Shown one piece after another: positions 25,717 to 34,300 of a stretch of DNA of 64,000 nucleotides (position 1 is its first letter; each line of letters opens with the position of its first letter). The stretch covers positions 76,947-140,946 of the forward strand of contig JAUSJT010000001.1 of NCBI GenBank assembly GCA_030647485.1. Direction: 5' to 3'. The translations under genes were made by a program, and so were the position numbers. Below the pieces are notes generated by a model, which made no database searches, was not told where the DNA came from, and saw only the letters and a list, made by a program, of their open reading frames with translations. The DNA is from a bacterium (GTDB taxonomy: Bacteria; Patescibacteriota; Minisyncoccia; Minisyncoccales; UBA10102).

Positions 25717-26745
25717 ATGAAAAAAATCAAACTTACAATAGGATTGCTCTTGCTTAGCTTGGCTGTTGTGTTGCCTGGAGGAGTTGTAAATGCCGCGTAC
25801 AATAGCGTTCCGTTTGATGCTGCAGCCACAGTAGTGCTTACAGGCCCGGAGCCAGATATTACGTTAACTATCTCTGGGGGAGCTGGGCAAGCTGTGGAAG
25901 CCATGGTTGTTAACACCGGTAACGTAACGGTTACGCTTGTCAGAAGTGGTGCCAATGCTTCAAGCATTACGTTCACATCTGCCGATAAGTTTACCTTGGG
26001 TAATGACGGCGGGTTTGCAACAACATGCGGCGCTAGCACTTCAAGTACTACGCTTACAAGAGTTCTTGCTTCTGGAGATGGAACAACAACCGTTGTTCTC
26101 TCTCCATCAAGAACGGTATGCGATGCAGGTAGTAGCGGAGGAGGCGGAGGCGGCGGTTCAACAGCCACTACTACAACCACCACAACTCCAACTACGACAA
26201 CCACTCCGACAACCCCAACAACTACTCCCACTACCACCCCAACTACGCCTACCACAACGCCTACCACCCCAACCACTACTCCAACAACAACAACCCCAAC
26301 CGCTTTAGTAGCAATCCCAGCAGTTCCCGCAAATCCAACCACAACCCAGATTCAGGCAGCAATTGTTGCAATTTTGAACAACATCAACTACTTGAGGACC
26401 CAGTTGGCCATACTCATAGCAACGGAACAGCCAGGATCAAAAGACGTGCCTCCGCATTGCCGCGGCATTGTATTCTCTAATGCTCTGAAAGTTGGAAGCA
26501 CGGGAAATGAGGTGAAGTGCTTGCAAGCGTTGCTCAATCAGGATTCTGGCACGAAGATAGCTTCTTTGGGAGTAGGTTCTCCTGGCAACGAGACCACACT
26601 CTTTGGCTCATTAACCAAGGCAGCAGTCGTGAAATTCCAACAGAAGTATGCTTCAAGCATTCTTACTCCCTTGGGACTAACCTTTGGAACTGGCACGGTA
26701 GGACCCTCAACAAGAGCAAAGCTTAATCAACTATTAGGTAAATAG
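25717..26745 (+). CDS. 342-aa secreted protein with a small N-terminal domain, Gly/Thr-Pro linker, and coiled-coil plus PG-binding C-terminal anchor
   Basis: Signal peptide. [30 protein letters not shown] linker. C-terminal [15 protein letters not shown]...[16 protein letters not shown]. Starts 37 nt after the upstream gene. Confidence 0.8.
   Translation: MKKIKLTIGLLLLSLAVVLPGGVVNAAYNSVPFDAAATVVLTGPEPDITLTISGGAGQAVEAMVVNTGNVTVTLVRSGANASSITFTSADKFTLGNDGGFATTCGASTSSTTLTRVLASGDGTTTVVLSPSRTVCDAGSSGGGGGGGSTATTTTTTTPTTTTTPTTPTTTPTTTPTTPTTTPTTPTTTPTTTTPTALVAIPAVPANPTTTQIQAAIVAILNNINYLRTQLAILIATEQPGSKDVPPHCRGIVFSNALKVGSTGNEVKCLQALLNQDSGTKIASLGVGSPGNETTLFGSLTKAAVVKFQQKYASSILTPLGLTFGTGTVGPSTRAKLNQLLGK
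26401..26532 (+). repeat. Near-identical block shared with 36539-36670 (anchor-module paralogues)
   Basis: 131/132 nt identical. A second block at 26569-26640 is 72/72 identical to 36707-36778. The flanks are clearly more diverged. Confidence 0.9.
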
Positions 26746-26776
26746 CCCGCCACTACTTTTTGCAAAAGTATGGGGG
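26746..26776. repeat. Variant of the C-rich/G-rich hairpin element
   Basis: CCCGCCACTACTTTTtgcAAAAGTATGGGGG, directly after the stop codon. Confidence 0.5.
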
Positions 26777-26805
26777 TTGATTCTCTCCTTGTGGGAACGC
26801 AAAGG

Positions 26806-26832
26806 CCCGTCTCTCTGGCGGGTTTTTGTTTT
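26806..26832 (+). terminator. Intrinsic terminator
   Basis: CCCGTCtctctGGCGGG followed by TTTTTGTTTT. Confidence 0.65.
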
Positions 26833-26833
26833 G

Positions 26834-26861
26834 TTGACATATCTAAGTGAATTGTTATCAT
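26834..26861 (+). promoter_or_regulatory. Sigma70-type promoter positioned for a leaderless antitoxin mRNA
   Basis: TTGACA (26834-26839), 16 nt, TATCAT (26856-26861). ATG at 26868, 6 nt downstream. Confidence 0.6.
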
Positions 26862-26867
26862 ACATGT

Positions 26868-27104
26868 ATGGCTACAAGAACAAGTCAAAATTCAATAACA
26901 ATCTCAAGGGAAGCCGTACGTAGGAAGGGCGGAGTTGTTATTTTGGACTTAGGAGAATACGAGAAGCTTCGCGAAAGCGCAGTGCCTACTTACTATTTGG
27001 CTGGGAAAGAGGCGGAAGAATTAGATAATCTTGTAAGAGAGGGAAGAAGAGAATATAAAGCAGGAAAGACAAGAAAGATAAAGTCCTTGAGCGATTTAGA
27101 CTAA
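26868..27104 (+). CDS. Phd/YefM- or RelB-like antitoxin
   Basis: 78 aa from ATG 26868. GGVVILDLGEYEKLRE is typical of Phd/YefM-type antitoxins. A RelE/ParE-like reading frame follows. Confidence 0.6.
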   Translation: MATRTSQNSITISREAVRRKGGVVILDLGEYEKLRESAVPTYYLAGKEAEELDNLVREGRREYKAGKTRKIKSLSDLD

Positions 27105-27107
27105 TGC

Positions 27108-27366
27108 ATGGAAATTCAAGTCTCGGAACGATTTAGGAAAAACTATCGAAAGCTTCCAAAGAGAATAAAGGAACGGGCAAAGCAAAAAGAATCGATTTTT
27201 CGAGGGAATCCTTTCGATTCTGGGCTCAAAACCCACAAACTTTCTGGCAAAGAAGAAGGCCGTGTGGGCTTTTTGGGTTACTGATTCTTATCGTATCAAG
27301 TTTATCTTTTTTCCTCGCGGGGAAGTTTTGTTTTTGGATATCGGCACCCATTCAATTTACAAATAA
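27108..27366 (+). pseudogene. RelE/ParE-family toxin gene disrupted by a +1 frameshift
   Basis: Frame 0 reads MEIQVSERFRKNYRKLPKRIKERAKQKESIFRGNPFDSGLKTHKLSGKEEGRVGFLGY* (stop at 27282-27284). The +1 frame from 27259 reads AVWAFWVTDSYRIKFIFFPRGEVLFLDIGTHSIYK* (stop at 27364-27366). Joined, they give a canonical RelE-like toxin. Confidence 0.75.
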
Positions 27367-27384
27367 GCGGGTTTTTGTTTTCTC

Positions 27385-27412
27385 TTGACTCCTCTTACTA
27401 TCAGCATATAAT
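27385..27412 (+). promoter_or_regulatory. Sigma70-type promoter of the DUF433/PIN-like pair
   Basis: TTGACT (27385-27390), 16 nt, TATAAT (27407-27412). ATG at 27421. Confidence 0.6.
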
Positions 27413-27420
27413 AGGTGTAT

Positions 27421-27657
27421 ATGGCACAACGCATCACTACCAACCCAAAGATATTAGCAGGAAAGCCGGTTATCAAGGGTACAAGAATACCGGTGTATTT
27501 AATTTTAAATCTTCTTGCAAACGGCTACACGTATGAGCGCATTATCAAAGCGTATCCTCGGTTGGAAAAACAGGATATTAAGGCAGCATTAGAATACGCA
27601 CAAGTACTCACGAAACGAGAAGAAGAGTTTGTAATTCCTCGGGTTGTTATGCAGTAA
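27421..27657 (+). CDS. DUF433-family putative antitoxin
   Basis: ITTNPKILAGKPVIKGTRIPVYLILNLLANGYTYERIIKAYPRLEKQDIKAALEYA is the DUF433 signature. Confidence 0.75.
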   Translation: MAQRITTNPKILAGKPVIKGTRIPVYLILNLLANGYTYERIIKAYPRLEKQDIKAALEYAQVLTKREEEFVIPRVVMQ

Positions 27658-27661
27658 GTGT

Positions 27662-28030
27662 ATGCCAAAGTTTCTTCTTGATGAGAATCTTTCTCATGAA
27701 ACCGCAGAATTTTTGAATTCGTTGGGCTACGACACAAAAATTGTAGCCCAATTTCGTTTAGACGGCGCAAATGATGAGAAAATAGCAGAAAAAGCCGCCA
27801 CAACAAGCCGTATTCTTATTACACTTGATCTTGACTTTGGCGAGATGTATTCTCTCGGTATTCAAAAGAATCTTGGAGTAGTGGTTTTGCGGCTTCGCAA
27901 TCAAACCGTGGAGTCCATCAATTTAGCGCTCAAGACACTTCTCGATTCGCAGATTCTGAAGCAAAAAGAGAACTACCGTGCTCTTATTATAGTTGAAGAA
28001 GGAAAAATTAGAATTCGCAAGAAATCCTAG
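27662..28030 (+). CDS. DUF5615-type PIN-like nuclease (putative toxin partner of DUF433)
   Basis: MPKFLLDENLSHETAEFLNSLGYD...ILITLDLDF. Overlaps or abuts the DUF433 gene. Confidence 0.7.
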   Translation: MPKFLLDENLSHETAEFLNSLGYDTKIVAQFRLDGANDEKIAEKAATTSRILITLDLDFGEMYSLGIQKNLGVVVLRLRNQTVESINLALKTLLDSQILKQKENYRALIIVEEGKIRIRKKS

Positions 28031-28050
28031 ATTGCCAAAAATCTGATAAC

Positions 28051-28089
28051 GTATCCGTATAAATCAGCAGTATCCGTATTAATCCGCGG
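28051..28089. repeat. Phased ATCNG pentamer module
   Basis: gtATCCGtataaATCAGcagtATCCGtattaATCCGcgg. Pentamers at 28053, 28063, 28072 and 28082. Confidence 0.75.
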
Positions 28090-28247
28090 CATATTGTTTT
28101 CCACAGGGCTGCGCCTTTACACCTGTGCTTGCAAAGAGGATAATAGATTAATTGGTCGCTATGACTTATAATTTTTTGCGTATCATTAGTTTTAACGTGC
28201 GCTCAAGCAGGGTCACTGTTTGAGTTTTCTTTCATTATAATAACGCC

Positions 28248-28287
28248 GATATCAGCATTAATCAGCTAAATCGGTATTAATCAGCGG
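28248..28287. repeat. Phased ATCNG pentamer module
   Basis: gatATCAGcattaATCAGctaaATCGGtattaATCAGcgg. Pentamers at 28251, 28261, 28270 and 28280. Ends 16 nt before ATG 28304. Confidence 0.75.
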
Positions 28288-28303
28288 TAAATTAAATAAA
28301 TAT

Positions 28304-31300
28304 ATGAAGACAAAAGTTTTTCAGAAAGTCGTCTCTATCACACTAAGCATCACAACCATTCTCTGGTCGTTTGGAGCGCCCCTCGGCGTTCTTTTTGCGC
28401 CCGGCACAGCGCGGGCTGCAGTAGCAATAGTTGTTAGCCCCGGCACAGTTAACGCGAACTTTCCGGGACCCATCATGGCAGGCTCAGCGGCAACTGCTGT
28501 TGCTAAGATTTCGGTTACGGCTTCTGTTATTAGTCAGACAGTACAAGCTGTAGCCGTGAACTTTTCTGGAACGGGATTCCTCACAACAGATTTGTTAGCA
28601 ATCGCGACAGGAGATACTTCTGGAGTCGCGCTTTATGAAGACACGGGGAATGTCGCAGGAACCTTTGTTGCCGGTTCTGACCCCGTGGTTACCTTGGCTG
28701 GCACTCCAAACTGGACGTCATCTACCACCAACATTACCTTAACGCCAGCTACCTCTGTCGCCTTGACAAGCACCGTAGCTAAGATTTTCTATATTGTTAT
28801 TAAAACGGCGGCACCTGGTACTCTTCTTAACGGAGACCAGATTGTTGCAACCATTCCGGCAGGCGGAGTTGTAACCACCGAAGGCGCCAATAGCAGTTCC
28901 GTTACCTTAACCCCGGTGATTGCGGATACTGTTGTCCCAACGATTTCAAGCGTTTCTGGATTTTCTGGCTCTACAACCGTTACGGTGAACTTTTCTGAAC
29001 CAGTGCAAAAGGTTGGAGGAGGAAACTTAGCGTTTGTGAGCGTGACCAACCCTCTCGACTATACTGACGGAGGGGGTACGGCGGAAGACATTGCTTCTGC
29101 AGGTATTGCGCATACCGCAGGCCAGCCCATGGCTACAATAACAATGGATGCAACCATTGACGCAGAAGATGTTGATGCAGGTCCTGCTACTATGGCCGCA
29201 GGATCAAACAATATTGCGGATATGGCAGGAAACGTTATGCTGACAACTCCCGCAAGAAACTTTAGCAGTCCCTTGACTATTACTACCGTTGTGGTTCCTA
29301 GTGCCATTGCTGGGGCATCGTACGCTTCAGAAAGTCCTCTTGTACAGTTTGCCGCGTCTGGTGGAACCGGATCTCCGTCCTTTACGGCAAATTCTGCCGG
29401 TGATACAGCAACTCTTTCGGCTCTTGCGTTAACATTAGGAACAGACGGAAAACTTACAACGGCAACAACATTGGCAAATACTCCGGGATCTTTCCAGGTT
29501 AATATCAAAGTTACCGCTGGTACTACTGCGACAAAACTTTTTACTATTAATGTTCAGCCAATAGGGGGAGGGGCTATTCCCGGCATTACGGGAGTTGCTC
29601 CTGCCGGAGCAGGCACGAGCTCAACACCGAGTATAGTCATTACAGGATCGAATACCACATTCACAAGCGCTTCAGTTGTGACTGTTAGCCTTCCTCCGGG
29701 ATCTGCTGACACCAACGGGATTACAGTTGGCGTCATTACGAGAAATAGCGCAACCTCCATTACGGCTCCTCTTACTATTGATTCTACTGCCACAGCAGGA
29801 TCCAGAGACGTGCGAGTGGTTACAGGCGCTGAAGTGGTGAATATGCCTGGCGGATTTGGCGTGTTTACCTCTGGAGGTTCTGGTTTGGGGCTTTTGCTTC
29901 CAACAGATGCCGCAACCAGTGTTCTCTTGCCAAGCCCGTCGTTTAACTTTACTCCGTCTTCCAACACAACAACTTTGAACAGCTACAGAATTACGGTTGC
30001 CTCAACCTCTGACTTTGCAACCAAGGTATGGGATTACACGTTTCCAAAGCCATCTGACGGTTCAAATACAAACGGAAGCCACTGCAGCTCTACTGGATGC
30101 AACGTGAACTACGGGGCAGGAACATTCTTGATTTTAACCCAGCCCGTATCGCTTACCCCAAACACCACTTATTATTGGAAGGTGAGCACGTATGCTGAAG
30201 CTACAGGTTCTGTGAGCGCGGCTCCAGTTGCCTTGGAAACAACGGGTATGCGTAGTCTTACCACCACGGCATCTGTTTCAGACAGCACGCCCCCAACCAT
30301 TATGCATAGGCCAGTGTTCCAAGCAAAGGCAAGCACAAACCTTGTTATGTTTGCCCGCGTGATGGACAATCTTGCAACCAGTACCAGCACCCCTGCCTTA
30401 ACCACAAAGATTATCTATTGCCCAGGATCTGGTTGTACTCCTACCACGAGCACCGGGCAGGCAAACGGTTCTTCTGTGGGGGCCGGGTATTTTAGCTACA
30501 CCATTCCTTCTGCAACCATTAGTACCGCAGGCACCATTGTGCGCTACTACTTGCAGGCATCAGACGGAACAACAAACCCGCAGAACTTTTATCAGACAGG
30601 AACCACGCCGTTTCAGTTAACTTCAGTAGCCGCGGCTGAAGGATCGGTCACCATTACAGGAACCGTGAAAGATTCAACAAATACGTGCGCTACAGCGGTG
30701 CAATCTGCCCGTGTGTTTGCGGAGGGAACTGGATTTTCTGCTACCACCGATGGGAGTTGCGCCTTTACCTTGGGTGGCGCATCGCCAAACGGCTTATTCA
30801 CAGGAACCTATGATTTGGTTGCGTTAAAAGACGGGTATGGAAACAGGACTATTGACGGTATACCCGCAGGAGCAACCTCTATTCCATTTCAGCTTACTTC
30901 GGGAGCAGGCGGCGGCTTTGGAGGAGACACCACAAAGCCGACAGTGCGCTTTACCATGCCAGGCAATGATATGACCAATATGCCTGGAGGAGACAGCAAT
31001 ATGAAAATAGTGGTGGTGTTCTCAAAGACAATGAGCCAATCGTCTATAACCTCCACGAATCTTACGGTGAATGACGCCACAACAGGATCGTTAGTTCCTA
31101 TCACCGCAAATGGCTCTTGGATATATTATTCAACCGCTCCCACAAACACTCCAATGATTCCGCCTGAAGCAAATATGGCAGTATGGTCTTTAACATCCCC
31201 CAATACCTTGGGAAACAATAAGACCATTGCGGTTGTTGTTACCTCAAACGTAACAGACACAGCCGGGAACTCGGTGCAGGGCAACCAATCAGACGGAAGC

Positions 31301-34300
31301 TACGCGTTTTCCTTTACAACGTCAAATTCAACATTTACCGGGACTTTGTCTGGCACGCAATCGTTTGGGCAGGGAGCGTTTATGCCGCCTCGTGTTATAG
31401 GAACTACGCCTACTCCGGGATCATCTAGCGCGCCCACAAACACGAAAGTGGTTATAAACTTTTCCGATCCAATGGCAGATGATTCGGGAACGTATGTTCT
31501 TAAGAATTACGTGAAGCTTTTCACGGTGTCTGGTACCACGGAAACCGATGTGTCTTCAAGCGCCATTGATACTGTTACTCTTAGCACTTCAAAGCTTTCT
31601 GCCGTTGTTACCTTAAAGAGCACCTATAATTCAGGAGCGTTTGCGGCAAGTACAAAATATAGGGTGAAAGCGTTGGGAGGAGCAAAGGGAAGCAGTGGCA
31701 TGACACTTGGTATCCCTGGGCAAGAAAGCAGCGTGTTTTATACGCTTGAATTTACCACAGGTACAGGGGGAGATACCGCAGCTCCAACCGTTGTGGGATC
31801 GTATCCAAGCAATGGTGATGCTGGCGTGCAGGTGAACGTGGGAGCGATGAATGTTGGATTTAGCAAGGATATGGATCCTTCCACTATTTCTACATCTACC
31901 ATTACACTTACGGTAGGAAGCACTTCTGTGAATGGAACAGTAGAATATCGCCCGTTGGAGCGCATGGCATACTTTTTGCCCAGATCAGTTTTGAACGCAA
32001 ACACCGCATACACGCTTACCGTTACAACTGGAGTGACGGGATTGAATGGCACTCCGCTAGGAACTGCAGTAACAAAAACATTCACCACTGGATCTGCAGA
32101 CTCAATTGTTCCTGCAATGTCGTTTATGAACGCAGATGACTTTGGAATTGCCCTTACCTTTTCTGAACCAATGAATGCCGCAAAAGCGACTGATACCATG
32201 AACTGGGCAACATCTGTGTTGAATCCTTTGGCGTACAACGTGATTAAGTATGGATCAGTAGCGTTTGACCCTGCAAGCGTAGGCACTGCAGTTTCTCTTG
32301 CCAGCGCAACCTTCTCCTATGATACAACGTCAAGCACTGTGCTTATTAAGGGTTTGGCCATTGCAGCTGCTATTGGCCAAGAGTTGTATCTTTCTATGGA
32401 TGTATCCCCAAGCAGCAATTCTGCAAAAGATCTTTCTGCCAATGTAATCACCTCTGCGGGGAATACTAGCCGAACTACTATTGGAAACAGCTTAACCACA
32501 AAGGGATCTTTGGGGCCAATGGCAACAACAACAGACGCGTTTTCTGGAGGAGGAACGTTTATACCAACGAACTTTTCTTCCACTACCTTTGGGTTTGCTC
32601 CTCCTGTTAACGTGATGCCAAGAAATATGATGGCGGGTAAGACCACGACTTATATGGTTATGGTGCCCATTTCAAAGCAAATTCCAATTTCTGGAACCAT
32701 TGTGTTAACTTTTCCAACCGGTTTTGACGTTACTGCGGCCCAGCAGGATCTAAACAGCCCCATGAGGACTGACTTGAATGGTCCTGGGACCGGAACCCCA
32801 ACATTTAAATGCACGACCAATGTTGCAGGAGGAAAGTCTTGCGCTGGCGGAGCTACCGTTACAGGCGATACATCATCAGGAGATGACGCAACAAAAGGAG
32901 GTCTCGCAGATGACGGAGTTGTGGTGAATACGCCAGCCCGCACGGTTACCGTGAATCTTTCTTCTGCAACAAATAGTGGAGGCAACGATTTCTTGAACAT
33001 TGATATTGCAGGCATTGTGAACTCTTCGGTTCCCAAGGACTTTAACACTGCAGGATACACCGTTGATATTAAGACCAAGAACGGAGCTACGGTGCTTGAA
33101 TCATTGACTTCAATGCCATTCTTTATTCAGACAGCAGGAAGTTATACCTTGTCTGGAACAATTACTGCTACGGGCGCGACCGGCCTTACCGCAAAGGTAT
33201 ACTTAATGTCTCCAATGACGGGTCCCACTGAAACCACATCAGGTACTTTTGCAGCAAATGCCGGAGCGTATAGTTTTACCGCATTGCCAGCAGGGGAGTA
33301 TATGCTATTTACCGACCAGACCGTTACCTTGACAGGAGGGGAGTTTACCGGCAAGACCGCGCCAGAACGAGTTGTTATCAGCGAAGCAACAGACCTTGCT
33401 TCAGATACGGTAAACAACGACGTTATTGATTACGATTTTACGCTTGCCAACAACGCTTCTACTAACGATGCAACCGTTTTGGTTGATATTACTGGAACCG
33501 TCGGCGAGTTATTAGATGTTTTTGCGGGTTCTTCTATGGGAACAGGGTTTAAGGTGAAACAAGTAACATTGGATACAAGCCCCAAGACCGTTACTCTTAG
33601 ACTTGCAGTTGGAAAATGGTTTGTGGGAGTGGGGCCGCAAATGCCAAAGGGCCCAATGGGAGGGCCTCCTCCGGCTCCAAACTATATTATGCCAAGGCCT
33701 TTGGACATTACCGTTGTTACCATTTCCCCAGATACATTTGTGGAGAATAGCGGAACTGCAAACAACGGTACTTTGGCGTTTACTCTTACTTCTGCGACAA
33801 AATCCATTCAGGGATTGGTAAAAGACGGGTCGGGCAAGGTTATGGCAAATGCCGAGGTGTACGCGTATTCTCCGCAGGGAGGGTTTGGCACGCACGCTAA
33901 TACAGATACAGCTGGCGCGTTTACCTTAAGCGTTGTGGACGGTTCCTACATTGTTGGTTCGTTTATCCCAGGTATGCCTCCTTCAAAAGAAGTGCCTGTT
34001 GTGGTAACGTCTCATAGCACCCAGTATCTCTTAATTGACGGTGCAACCACTACTATAACTCCTGCAACCGCCGCAACCACATTTGTCTTAAAAGTGGCAA
34101 AACCCGATTATACTATTTCAGGCAAGGTGACAGACGGAACCAATACAGTGCAAGGAGCTTCGGTGTTTGCATACCGCACTGACGGGCCAGGGTTTGCAAA
34201 CGCAAACACAGATTCTGCTGGAACCTACACGTTGTATGTTTCCAATGGAACTTGGAAGGTAGGGTCGTTCTTGCCCCAGTACGGAAACTTGACAGAACAA

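Noticed and set aside
25704-26342. 212-aa minus-strand ORF rich in VVGVVG repeats
   Set aside because: It is the antisense reading of the TTPTT/GGGGG linker of the 25717-26745 gene. It has no start context or independent signals, and the + strand gene has a signal peptide and a recognisable PG-binding domain.
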